A stretch of DNA of 64,000 nt from Patescibacteria group bacterium (GTDB lineage Bacteria; Patescibacteriota; Patescibacteriia; JBAZBY01), in contig JBAZBY010000001.1 of NCBI GenBank assembly GCA_041671225.1, forward strand, positions 30,338 through 94,337. Direction: 5' to 3'. Shown one piece after another: positions 21,728-31,452 of the stretch. The notes below the pieces were generated by a model, which made no database searches, was not told the origin of the DNA, and was given only the letters and a program-made list of their open reading frames with translations. The first letter of the stretch is position 1, and each line of letters starts with the position of its first letter. A program made the translations under genes and the position numbers.

Positions 21728-23140
21728 TTACGTTGCGCGTTTGCGCAAATCTTCATGCACTTCCTGAATATTCTCCAGGAGGCTGCTTTCGTCAATGTAG
21801 TTGTGCATGCGGTTGGAAATCACAAACTTCCCCCCGACCATAAGGTCGCGGATGTTGCGGCCGCCATGCGTGATCATATTCGCGATGAGCGTTGACGGGT
21901 CCTTGCGGTCAAACGGTAGAAAACCGCGGTCTTTGAGCTTCCAGAATGCAAGATCAGCTTTGAACCCTACGGCAACACGGCCAACGTCCGCATAGCCCAA
22001 AAGGCGCGCACCCTGACTTGTCATCATCTTGAAAAGATTTGCATACGAGACTTCAAACGTCTCTTGATGCAATGTTTTCATTTGCAACGCTTCTGTGAGC
22101 ATATCCAAACGGTTCTTACTCACCACGCTGTCTGTTCCCAATGCGATCTGCTGCTCTGCGCCAAGCTCCACAAACAATGGATATTTAAAGTGGCCGGAAC
22201 GATGGAGTAAATTGGATGTTGGCAAATGTACCACGGCGGTTTTTGTATCGCGCAGAAGTTCAATTTCTTCACGGTCCAGATGCACTGCATGTGAAAGAAT
22301 AAGCTGCGGGCCAAGCACGCCAAAAGCCTTCAATGCGTAAATCGGACGCTTGCCATGCACGCGCATGCAATCATCAACGCTTTGTTGGTTCTCTGACGTA
22401 TGCATGGTGAACCTCACGCCATACTCATCCATCATCTTGCGCAGCTTTGCAAAAACAACGGCATCGGCCTTATGCGGATAATGAATGGCAATTGCCGGCT
22501 CCGTGAAATAGCCCCCTTGCTTCACAATCCTTTCAACGAACTCCGGCGTATTCTCCGGATGTGAATTTGAAACAGCGGACACCGCATTGATCACGCGCAT
22601 CTGTGCGTCCTTTGCTGCGCGTTCAATTGGGTCAAAAACACCATAATGTGAAAGCGCCGTGGTAATACCAGCGCGCTGCTGTTCAGTGAGGTCACCCACG
22701 GCACCAAGATAAAATTCTTCATCCGTCATCTTCCCCTCAATGGCTGCCATACCCGCGAGTGAGTGCGAAAGGTCTGCCTCACGATCCACCAATGTCCCGC
22801 GCAACATATACATGGGCGGGTGCGCATGGGCATTGACGAACCCCGGCGTGATCACGATACCGCCGCGCTGTTCTGCGTCGTAGATGAGATCAAACTCGTC
22901 AAAATTCAGCTTGCGCGCCTCCTCCTTTGGGAATAAACCGGTGATAACGCCGTCTTCAATAACAATACTCTGCCCTTGAACGGCCTCAATGTCTCCGTGA
23001 TTGTTCTCTGTGAGGGTATATGGACTACCATGAATAAGAATCTTCTTTGGTTGCTTTTCATTCCGCAGGACGGAATAGCGCGAGCGATTCTTGCGTCGCG
23101 GCTCATACGCGCTGCCTTTGAGGATAATACTTTTGATCAT
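21728..23140 (-). CDS. Amidohydrolase, MtaD/GuaD-like nucleoside/nucleobase deaminase family
   Basis: PGFVNAHAH, MHTSE, SHAVH, HLPTSN, LGTD metal-binding motifs. Confidence 0.85.
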   Translation of the reverse strand: MIKSIILKGSAYEPRRKNRSRYSVLRNEKQPKKILIHGSPYTLTENNHGDIEAVQGQSIVIEDGVITGLFPKEEARKLNFDEFDLIYDAEQRGGIVITPGFVNAHAHPPMYMLRGTLVDREADLSHSLAGMAAIEGKMTDEEFYLGAVGDLTEQQRAGITTALSHYGVFDPIERAAKDAQMRVINAVSAVSNSHPENTPEFVERIVKQGGYFTEPAIAIHYPHKADAVVFAKLRKMMDEYGVRFTMHTSENQQSVDDCMRVHGKRPIYALKAFGVLGPQLILSHAVHLDREEIELLRDTKTAVVHLPTSNLLHRSGHFKYPLFVELGAEQQIALGTDSVVSKNRLDMLTEALQMKTLHQETFEVSYANLFKMMTSQGARLLGYADVGRVAVGFKADLAFWKLKDRGFLPFDRKDPSTLIANMITHGGRNIRDLMVGGKFVISNRMHNYIDESSLLENIQEVHEDLRKRAT

Positions 23141-23328
23141 AAAATCTGCTGGCCAAATACTGCTTCATCAAAGAAAATAAGAAATAACAGAAGGAAAACA
23201 AACGCAAAAATCATCCAGAATGCGATGATGCCCCTGCCCACGGCCTTTATCTTGCGCTCAATGGGGTTGGCCGGATTTCCGGTCATGTGTTTGACGTATT
23301 CCTGATAGCGCTTGCGGTCGTCGTCCAT
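23137..23328 (-). CDS. Small single-TM hypothetical protein
   Basis: 63 aa, overlapping stop/start on both sides. Confidence 0.6.
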   Translation of the reverse strand: MDDDRKRYQEYVKHMTGNPANPIERKIKAVGRGIIAFWMIFAFVFLLLFLIFFDEAVFGQQIL

Positions 23329-24365
23329 TAGTCGTCTTTTTTGGGAGCTTCAAGCGCGATCGTCTCATGTTCGCCGCCGCTGCCGGTGATCTTGTACAGA
23401 TCCTTGTCAATCTTCGCGAATTCTTTGTTGGAGGAATTGTACGTGTTCACCACGGTACCGATCTGATTGCCGAGCTTTTCCTGATAGCTTTGGTAATTGA
23501 GTAGGCGTCGCTGCAACTGCTCCACGTTCTTGCGGATCTCCTTTGCACTCTCTTCGATCTGCAATGCGCGCAATCCCTGCAGCACGGTCTGCAAATATGC
23601 ATGGAAAGACGTTGGCGATACGATAATAACGCGCCGCTCCTTGAATGCGTATTCGATGAGATCCCGCGTGGAGATCTTGATGGCGCCGACCTTGTTCACG
23701 AGCAAGTCATAATAAATCGCTTCTGCCGGAATGAACATGAACGCGAAGTCCAAGGTCCCCTCCTTCGGCCGGATATACTTGGACGTTTCATCAATGCGGT
23801 TCTTGAGGTCTTGCTTGAACGCCTTTTCCAATTCCAAACGTCGCACATCATCCCGCTCATCCAGAATGCGCTCATAATTCTCCAGTGAGAACTTGGCGTC
23901 GATCGGGACGATCTGGTCCTTCAAGAAGATGACCGCATCAACGATCTCCCCATCCTTGAACTTGTACTGCATCTGGTATGATGACGGCGGCAAAATATTC
24001 TTCAGGATCTCCTCAAGATAAAATTCACCGAGAATACCCCGCTGCTTCGGGTTCTTCAGAATGTCCTGCAAGTCCTTGAGCTGGTCCGCAAACCCCACAA
24101 CCTGGCGGTTGGTCTCATCCAGCTTGGTGAGTTTCTCCGTGACGCCTTCAATGATCTTGATGCTGTCTCTCATTTGATTTTGTACGCTTTCCCGCGTTTC
24201 TTTGTTCGCAGAATCCAAGCGCTGCTGAATGGCCTGCACGTTCTGGTTCAAAAGCTGCATGCCGGCGCCGTCTTCCTGCGTTTTCTTGGGACGGGAAACC
24301 AGCCAAGCAATGATGCCTATGCCGGCGATAAGGATGATAGCGATGATGATGGTGTCGGAACTCAT
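23328..24365 (-). CDS. rmuC: DNA recombination protein RmuC
   Basis: NPKQRGILGE, PIDAKF, KYIRP, DFAFMFIPAEAIY, VSPTS. Confidence 0.93.
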   Translation of the reverse strand: MSSDTIIIAIILIAGIGIIAWLVSRPKKTQEDGAGMQLLNQNVQAIQQRLDSANKETRESVQNQMRDSIKIIEGVTEKLTKLDETNRQVVGFADQLKDLQDILKNPKQRGILGEFYLEEILKNILPPSSYQMQYKFKDGEIVDAVIFLKDQIVPIDAKFSLENYERILDERDDVRRLELEKAFKQDLKNRIDETSKYIRPKEGTLDFAFMFIPAEAIYYDLLVNKVGAIKISTRDLIEYAFKERRVIIVSPTSFHAYLQTVLQGLRALQIEESAKEIRKNVEQLQRRLLNYQSYQEKLGNQIGTVVNTYNSSNKEFAKIDKDLYKITGSGGEHETIALEAPKKDD

Positions 24366-25159
24366 GTAGGGAGTTTAAAAAACGCGATGGCATTATCAAT
24401 AGTCTGCTTTCTAACCTCATCGTATTCTATCCCCCGCAGTTCGGCAACCTTTCTGCCCACAAACTCCACCCACAGCGGCTCATTGCGCTCGCCGCGGTGC
24501 GGAACGGACGCAAGGTATGGCGCATCGGTTTCAATCATCAGCCGCTCCATGGGCATCTTTTGAATAACCTCATGCATGTGCTCCGCCTTCTGATATGTGA
24601 TATTGCCGGTGAAGGAAATGGAACCGCCGAGCTCCAAGAATTGCCCGGCTTCTTCCCAGCGTCCGGAAAAACAATGGCACACGAATTTTGGCCGCTCCTT
24701 TTTATAGATTTCCAGCACGCGCTGGTACGCATCATACTTCCCTTTTTCATCCCGGATATGCGTGATGATGGGCAGGTCCAATTCCTTTGCAAGCTTGATG
24801 TGCTGCAGAAATACTTCTTCCTGCGCCGCAAGGTCGGTTGTGCGATCCCCCTGAATGCGAAAGTAATCAATGCCGCATTCACCGATTGCAACGGTCTCCG
24901 GTTCTTTTGCAAGCCGCTCAAAAACATCATATGCAAAACCGAACTCCTGCGCATGCGTCGGGTGCACCGCAACGGCGGCAAACAATTTTCCTTTGTGCTC
25001 CTTTGCGAGTTGCACGGCAAACTCGCTCGTTGGCTGTTGCGAAGACGGCACGATCATCCACATGCCTGCATCCAGCGACCGCTTGATGACATCCTCGCGG
25101 TCTTCATCAAAACCCTGGAACTGCAGGTGGCTGTGGATGTCGATGAGGGAAGGCAACAT
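24362..25159 (-). CDS. tatD: TatD family DNase
   Basis: DIHSH, GECGIDY, CHCFSG, ETDAPYL, RNEP. Confidence 0.95.
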   Translation of the reverse strand: MLPSLIDIHSHLQFQGFDEDREDVIKRSLDAGMWMIVPSSQQPTSEFAVQLAKEHKGKLFAAVAVHPTHAQEFGFAYDVFERLAKEPETVAIGECGIDYFRIQGDRTTDLAAQEEVFLQHIKLAKELDLPIITHIRDEKGKYDAYQRVLEIYKKERPKFVCHCFSGRWEEAGQFLELGGSISFTGNITYQKAEHMHEVIQKMPMERLMIETDAPYLASVPHRGERNEPLWVEFVGRKVAELRGIEYDEVRKQTIDNAIAFFKLPT

Positions 25160-25671
25160 TAGAGCACCGCGTCCTTCAGTTTCTCAATGGCCTCCGGAAA
25201 CAGCGGCGTAAGCCAGCTCGATGCTGCACCGAGCCAATCTGCTGCCCAGGAATTTTCCAATGCATTGACCCCGTCGGGTGTGAGCGGAAGGTATCCGGCA
25301 AAGTTTGATGCAATGCCGAGAATCAACACCGCCTGAATTGCTCCGAATCCTGCGCCGCCGATTCGGTTCAACAATTTAAGGCCCGGCACGATGGCGATGA
25401 TGTTAAAGACCTTGTTGATGGCCCACAGGATGATGCCAAAGCCTTTGCTCACCACGATGAGGATGAGCACGAATCCGACGATGTCCTGCGCGTTCTCGTT
25501 CTGTATCATCCATGCCAATGCATTTCCTGCCTGCGCGTAGTAATGCGTTGCAAGGAAAATGGCAACGAAGAAACCGAGCAAACCGCCGACTGCCATGATG
25601 AGCCCCTCACGGAAGCCGGAAAAAACGAATAGTGCAAAGAAGATGATGATGACCCAATCGATGATGTTCAT
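25159..25671 (-). CDS. CvpA (colicin V production) family membrane protein
   Basis: MNIIDW...GFREG, LNRIGGAGFG. Confidence 0.88.
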   Translation of the reverse strand: MNIIDWVIIIFFALFVFSGFREGLIMAVGGLLGFFVAIFLATHYYAQAGNALAWMIQNENAQDIVGFVLILIVVSKGFGIILWAINKVFNIIAIVPGLKLLNRIGGAGFGAIQAVLILGIASNFAGYLPLTPDGVNALENSWAADWLGAASSWLTPLFPEAIEKLKDAVL

Positions 25672-25723
25672 AAGAGAGGAGTGTTAGAGAGTTTAGAGAT
25701 ATTAGAGAGCTGGGGTTAAGAAA

Positions 25724-26161
25724 CTAGGCGGCCAATTTTAATAATTGAGAAACAGTAAAAACAAGAAGAAAGTTTAGAAAAAGAAGGCTCAAAAAACCGA
25801 TAAGCCATCGTTTCGGTTTTGCCAAAAATCCAAGCAAGAGACTTAGCAGGCCGTTGCCGTATGTTAAAAATATGAATCCATAAAGAGCAAACAGACCTAC
25901 GCCCAAAAATTCGAAGTCATCCAGTACAGAAATTTCAGTGAGTGTACTTTGTACGATAATACCAGCGAATCCAAAACCAACAATGAGCATAAGGAGCGGT
26001 GCATAGACAAAGCGAAACACGCGTAAGAGTCTTCCATCATCCCTCTTTGGCAACATCCACCATAATAAAAGAAGTGCAATGAATGCAGGGACGGCAAAAT
26101 AGAGAGCAACCGGGTAAAACTGCAACGGGCTGAGAAAGATTGAAAGAAAGAAATCACCCAT
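25724..26161 (-). CDS. Hypothetical membrane protein (AT-rich)
   Basis: 145 aa, about four TMs, fills the gap between metG and cvpA. Confidence 0.6.
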   Translation of the reverse strand: MGDFFLSIFLSPLQFYPVALYFAVPAFIALLLLWWMLPKRDDGRLLRVFRFVYAPLLMLIVGFGFAGIIVQSTLTEISVLDDFEFLGVGLFALYGFIFLTYGNGLLSLLLGFLAKPKRWLIGFLSLLFLNFLLVFTVSQLLKLAA

Positions 26162-26162
26162 A

Positions 26163-27623
26163 CTAGAGTTTCATTCTTGGAAAAAGCGGCTCGGCTTTTT
26201 CAATTTTCTCTGCAGTGACTGCTGCAACGATCTTCTCCCCTTTCTCCGGCATGAAGGGCGTGACGGAAGCCCCGATCTCCTCAACGCGCGCACGAAGATC
26301 CGCAAGAACGTCTGCGATTTTTTTCTTTGCCTCATCACTGCCTTCTTTTGCAAGCACCCATGGTTTCTCAACATCAATAATGCCGTTCGCTTCCGCGATC
26401 GCGGACCAAATCGCCAATAGCGCCTCATCAAGCGCAATGCGTTCCATGCATGCGCCAATCGATTTTTGTAGATTGCCAGATGGCACTCTGCGCTCAACCT
26501 CGCCGTTGCAATACTGGGCGATCATATTGGTCGTCCTGCTCACCAAGTTCCCCAGTCCATTCGCCAGATCCGCATTATATTTTTCTGCAAACCGCTCTTC
26601 CTGGATGTCGCCATCATTGCCGAAAGGGAATTGCGAGAGCAACAGATAGCGCGTGGCGTCTGCGCCGTATTGCTCCACCATTGCCAAGGGGTCGATCACG
26701 TTGCCAAGCGACTTGCTCATCTTCTTGCCGTTGAGCGAGAAGAAACCGTGTGCAAAGACCTTCTTGGGGAGCGGGACGCCTGCAGCAAGCAACATCGCCG
26801 GCCAATGCACCGCATGAAACTTGATGATGTCCTTTGCCATGAGCTGCACATCTGCCGGCCAGAATTTCTTGAAGCGCTCACCGTCCGGATACCCCAATGC
26901 GGAAATGTAATTCTGCAACGCTTCCACCCACACATAGACCTTCTGCGACGGGTCAACCACAAAATCCACGCCCCAGGTCGCGCGCTCACGCGTCACGGAA
27001 AAATCCGCCTTGCTGCCGATCTTCCGCAGCTCTTTGATGAGCCCAAGCGTTTCATTGCGACGCGAGTCCGGCCCCACCTGCAGCGTTCCATCCGTGATCG
27101 CCTGTTCCACTTTGTCCAAATACGCCGTGAGCTTGAAGAACCAGTTCTTCTCTTTCAATACTTCCGGCTTGGTCCCATGAATGGGGCACAAGCCATCCTG
27201 CAAATCTTTCTCTGTATAAAAATCCTCGCATCCTTTGCAATAAAGGCCCTCATAAGACCCTTCATACAGCGCACCGGCGTCATACAGTTTTTGCATGAAC
27301 ACATCCACGCTCTTCTTATGGAACGGTGCTGTAGTGCGCATGAAGATATCGTTGGAGATATTGAGCGCCGCGAATGCCTTCTGAAAATTCGCTGCATTCA
27401 GGTCGATGAACTCCTGCGTCTCCATGCCGTGTTCCTTGGCGCTGTCCACGTTCTTCTGCGCGTGCTCATCCGTGCCCGTCAAAAAAAAGACGTTCTCTGC
27501 GCCGATCTCCTTGCGCCAATACCGCGCCAAAACATCCGCTGCGATGGTCGTGTACGCATGGCCGATATGCGGCTTGTCGTTCACGTAATAGATCGGTGTC
27601 GTGATGTAGAACCGTTGCGCCAT
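26163..27623 (-). CDS. metG: Methionine-tRNA ligase (short form, no C-terminal dimerisation domain)
   Basis: FYITTPIYYVN, PHIGH, GTDEH, KMSKS. Confidence 0.97.
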   Translation of the reverse strand: MAQRFYITTPIYYVNDKPHIGHAYTTIAADVLARYWRKEIGAENVFFLTGTDEHAQKNVDSAKEHGMETQEFIDLNAANFQKAFAALNISNDIFMRTTAPFHKKSVDVFMQKLYDAGALYEGSYEGLYCKGCEDFYTEKDLQDGLCPIHGTKPEVLKEKNWFFKLTAYLDKVEQAITDGTLQVGPDSRRNETLGLIKELRKIGSKADFSVTRERATWGVDFVVDPSQKVYVWVEALQNYISALGYPDGERFKKFWPADVQLMAKDIIKFHAVHWPAMLLAAGVPLPKKVFAHGFFSLNGKKMSKSLGNVIDPLAMVEQYGADATRYLLLSQFPFGNDGDIQEERFAEKYNADLANGLGNLVSRTTNMIAQYCNGEVERRVPSGNLQKSIGACMERIALDEALLAIWSAIAEANGIIDVEKPWVLAKEGSDEAKKKIADVLADLRARVEEIGASVTPFMPEKGEKIVAAVTAEKIEKAEPLFPRMKL

Positions 27624-27719
27624 ATGTTCAAATAAAGAAGCCGGCGGCCCGTTCGCCAAAATACGAACGAGACTCGCAAAGATCAGCGGCCTCCGAGGTA
27701 GTACTGTATACGAAACACG

Positions 27720-28763
27720 CTAGTCAACGTTAGGTTCCACCACGCCGCCATTGGCATACACCTTGAAGATGGTGTCAGCAATAATCACCATAGGAATCGC
27801 AAGAATAATTCCTGCGAGACCTCCCAGCTTTGCGCCCGCGAGCATGACGATGATGATGATGACCGCATTAAGACCGGTGACGCGCGCCATAATCTTCGGC
27901 TGGATGATGGTGTTCTCAAGCTGCTGGATGACGATGTAGAGAATGATGACGAACAATGCCTTGAGCGGCGAATCCGCAAACGCGAGGAGTACGGCGGGAA
28001 CGGCGCCGATGATGGGCCCTGCATACGGAATGAATTCCGTGAGCCCGGCGATGAGCGCGAGCAAAAGCGCATATTTCACGCCGAGGATGGAAAGCCCGAT
28101 GAACGAGAGCGCGCCAATAATCACACCGAGCAAAAGCTGGCCACGCAACCAATTGCCAAGCCTGCTCTGAATGCGTGAAAGAAGCTGACCGAGCATGTCA
28201 TGGTACTGCGCAGGGCTCACCGCGCGAATGAACCGGCGGAGCCCGCGCTCTTCAAGAGCAAAATAGAAGGTCAGCACGAGAATACCAACAAAGGAGAAAA
28301 GTCCGCCAAAGGCAGCGGCAAGTCCACTAAACACCCCATTGGTGATTTTGCCGAGTGAAGAATTGACGGTGTTAAGGAATTCCTGAATGCTCTGCGTGAG
28401 ACCCGTATCGTTCGTATCAATACCCGCGACAATGCGGTCATATAAATTTGGTAGTGAACTTGAAAACTGCTGGATCTGATCGGTGAGGAGCGGAACAAGC
28501 AAAGCAACAACAAGACTCACGACGCTGATCAATGCTGCATAAATGATGAGGATGGCAAAAACGCGAGGAATCTTGCGCTTCTGCAGTGAATCCACCATTG
28601 GATCAATAGCCGAGGCAAGAACGAGGGCAATAAAAACAATGCCAACGACCTGCACAAGCTGAATAATCAGCCAGATAAGAAAAAGGACGACAACGATTTT
28701 CGCTATCGTGCGTAAACTGATTGTCAGCTCGAATTTTCCGTTTTCTGAAGCCACTAAAGCCAT
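27720..28763 (-). CDS. AI-2E family transporter
   Basis: Multi-TM; FIPYAGP, QQLENTIIQPKIM, GIILAIP. Confidence 0.92.
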   Translation of the reverse strand: MALVASENGKFELTISLRTIAKIVVVLFLIWLIIQLVQVVGIVFIALVLASAIDPMVDSLQKRKIPRVFAILIIYAALISVVSLVVALLVPLLTDQIQQFSSSLPNLYDRIVAGIDTNDTGLTQSIQEFLNTVNSSLGKITNGVFSGLAAAFGGLFSFVGILVLTFYFALEERGLRRFIRAVSPAQYHDMLGQLLSRIQSRLGNWLRGQLLLGVIIGALSFIGLSILGVKYALLLALIAGLTEFIPYAGPIIGAVPAVLLAFADSPLKALFVIILYIVIQQLENTIIQPKIMARVTGLNAVIIIIVMLAGAKLGGLAGIILAIPMVIIADTIFKVYANGGVVEPNVD

Positions 28764-28802
28764 AAATGATGACTGTAGTATACTGAAAAACCGTTTCTGT
28801 GG

Positions 28803-30071
28803 CTAGCGCGAGAGAAGTTTAATGAAATGCGCCTTATCTTTGTATGGTCCAATGATCGCAAGCGTCAGCCTACTCATCTTCATGATATCTTTTGCCACGC
28901 GCAGCACATCTGCGCGGGTCACGCGTTCCACCTCACGCTCACGTTCATGTGGAGTTTTGATTGAGGGTTGGAACAATGCTTGCTGACCATAATAATTCGC
29001 CGCATTACGGGAATCCTCCATCTGCAGCACCAACTGACCCTTCAGGAACTCTTTTGCGCGGCCGAGCTCGATGGCGGTGATACCCTTCTGCTGGATGAGC
29101 TTTAATTCCTGAAAAATAACCTTCAAGGCTTCATCCACGCGGTCATGCGCTAAACCGGACTGAACCATGAAATTGCCAGTATCCTCATACATAGAAACAC
29201 CCGCACGCACGGAATACGCGAGGCCGCGCCGCTCGCGCACCTGGATGAACAGGCGTGAGCTCATGTTGCCCCCAAGAACTGCCGCAAGGACATGAAGCGC
29301 AATAAGATTCTTGTGATTATACGGGTACGCAGGATACCCAAGCGCCATCTGCACCTGCTCGGTTTCTTTGTACGACAACGCGATAGTCGGCTTCTTCTGC
29401 GTGATGGTCTTCTTCTTTGGTTTTGGCAATGCCTTTGATTTCTTGTTCGTCTCAAATGCAAAACGAATCTGGTCAAAGATTGTTTTCTCATTCACGCGGC
29501 CGGCAACAATCACATTTGTGTTATTTGGCTGGTAAAAGGTATTTTTGTATGCAACGAGTTTGGCGCGAGAAACGGTGCGGATGATCTTTCGCGGGCCGGC
29601 AATATCCCAACCAAGCGGATGGTCGCCATACATCGCGCCCTCAAAAACGTCATCAATATACATGAGCGGGTTGTCGCGATACATATTGATCTCTTCAATA
29701 ATCACGCCCCGCTCGCGTTCGATTTCCTTGGGATCAAACTTGGAGTTGTAGAGCATGTCAGAGAGAATATCCAAAAGTAACGGCAGCTTCTCCGCATTCG
29801 CTTTGATGTAATAACCGGTGTAGTCCTTGCTTGTGAACGCGTTATATTCCGCGCCAATGCCGTCCAACTCTTTTGAGATGGAAAGCGTTGTTGGGCGCTT
29901 CTTTGTCCCCTTGAACATCAAGTGCTCAATGAAGTGCGAAACGCCATTGATGTCCTTTGTCTCGTTGCGCGAGCCGACTTTGAATAACACGAGTGCGGTG
30001 ACCGCTTCTGTCTCATGCCGCGGGGCGACGATCATGCGGAGTCCGTTCTTGAGCTTTGCTTGTTGTATCAT
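28803..30071 (-). CDS. M16 family zinc peptidase
   Basis: HFIEHLMFKGT inverted zincin motif; SSRLF...RERRGLAY. Confidence 0.95.
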   Translation of the reverse strand: MIQQAKLKNGLRMIVAPRHETEAVTALVLFKVGSRNETKDINGVSHFIEHLMFKGTKKRPTTLSISKELDGIGAEYNAFTSKDYTGYYIKANAEKLPLLLDILSDMLYNSKFDPKEIERERGVIIEEINMYRDNPLMYIDDVFEGAMYGDHPLGWDIAGPRKIIRTVSRAKLVAYKNTFYQPNNTNVIVAGRVNEKTIFDQIRFAFETNKKSKALPKPKKKTITQKKPTIALSYKETEQVQMALGYPAYPYNHKNLIALHVLAAVLGGNMSSRLFIQVRERRGLAYSVRAGVSMYEDTGNFMVQSGLAHDRVDEALKVIFQELKLIQQKGITAIELGRAKEFLKGQLVLQMEDSRNAANYYGQQALFQPSIKTPHEREREVERVTRADVLRVAKDIMKMSRLTLAIIGPYKDKAHFIKLLSR

Positions 30072-31405
30072 GAAAATTTTTCTGTGAAGTAATGAATGAG
30101 ATCATCAATAGGAATGCGCTCCTGCTCCATGGTATCCCGGTCGCGCACCGTCACCTGGCTGTCCGTGAGCGTGTCAAAATCCACGGTCACGCAATAGGGC
30201 GTTCCCGCTTCATCTTGACGGCGGTACCTGCGGCCGATGGATGCCGTCTCGTCATAGCTTGTTGTCCAGTGCTTCTGTAATTTTGTTTGCAGCTCTTTTG
30301 CCGGACCTGCAAGTTCCTCTTTTTTCGAAAGTGGCAAAATCGCTATTTGGATTGGCGCAAGATGTTTGGGGAACTGCAATACCAACTCTTCATCCTTTGT
30401 TGCCTCGGTTGTTTTGGTACGGCCACCTTCGATCATGCGGTAACTCTCGAGCATCACGGCAAGAAAAAGCCGTCCAATGCCACCCGTTGGCTCAATCACA
30501 TAAGGAAGATATTCCTCATTCGTCTTTGGATCGCGATACATAAAATTTTTGCCAGAAGCTTCCATGTGCCGCTTCAAATCATAGTCGGTTCGGTTTGCGA
30601 GACCCCACAGCTCATCCCATCCCCATGGAAACTTATAATGAATATCAACCGTGCGCTTACTGTAATGCGCGAGCTCATCCTTTGGAGTCTCATAGCGCTT
30701 GAGATTTTCCTTCTTCAAACCGAAGCGTTCAATAAGCGCGTTTTCCATGAAGACCAGCCAGTCATCAAAAGCTTTTTCATCCTCACCTGGTTTCACAAAG
30801 TATTCCAACTCGGCAATATCAAACTCACGGACGCGAAAAATGAAGTTGCGATAGGTGATCTCGTTGCGAAAACTCTTTCCGATCTGCGCGATACCAAACG
30901 GCACCTTTGCGCGCATGGAATCCATCACATTCATATAATTCGTGAACATCCCCTGTGCTGTTTCCGGGCGCAGATATGCAACGTTCGCATCTTCCTCAAC
31001 GGGACCGGCAAATGTTTTGAACATTGTGTTAAACTGCTTCACTTCTGTGAAGTCCTGATGCTTGTGCTCTTTGATGTCATCTTCTTTATCTGCGCGTATA
31101 CGCTCATTGCACACTTTGCATTCCACCATCGGGTCAGTGAAATGTGCTAAGTGTCCACTCGCCGCAAAGACGGCCGGTGGCGCAATAATACTACTCTCAA
31201 TGCCATAGACATCATCACGCTCTTCAACGAATACCTTCCACCAGAGCGCTTCAAGATTCCGCTTGAGCTGCACACCCAAGGGGCCAAAATCATAAAAACC
31301 TCCAAGTCCACCATAGAGCTCAGCGGATGGGTGCACAAACCCGCGTCGCTTTGCGAGGGAGACTATCGCTTCCATTGTTTTTACGTCTGTGGCTGGCTTT
31401 GCCAT
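30068..31405 (-). CDS. glyQS: Glycine-tRNA ligase, alpha2 (eukaryote/archaea-like) type
   Basis: DFGPLG, LRPETAQG, GKSFRNEI, IGRRYRRQDE. Confidence 0.96.
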   Translation of the reverse strand: MAKPATDVKTMEAIVSLAKRRGFVHPSAELYGGLGGFYDFGPLGVQLKRNLEALWWKVFVEERDDVYGIESSIIAPPAVFAASGHLAHFTDPMVECKVCNERIRADKEDDIKEHKHQDFTEVKQFNTMFKTFAGPVEEDANVAYLRPETAQGMFTNYMNVMDSMRAKVPFGIAQIGKSFRNEITYRNFIFRVREFDIAELEYFVKPGEDEKAFDDWLVFMENALIERFGLKKENLKRYETPKDELAHYSKRTVDIHYKFPWGWDELWGLANRTDYDLKRHMEASGKNFMYRDPKTNEEYLPYVIEPTGGIGRLFLAVMLESYRMIEGGRTKTTEATKDEELVLQFPKHLAPIQIAILPLSKKEELAGPAKELQTKLQKHWTTSYDETASIGRRYRRQDEAGTPYCVTVDFDTLTDSQVTVRDRDTMEQERIPIDDLIHYFTEKFS

Positions 31406-31452
31406 AACAAATGGAAGTATAGCGGGGAATGCTGCTTTGGCGCAAGAACTCT

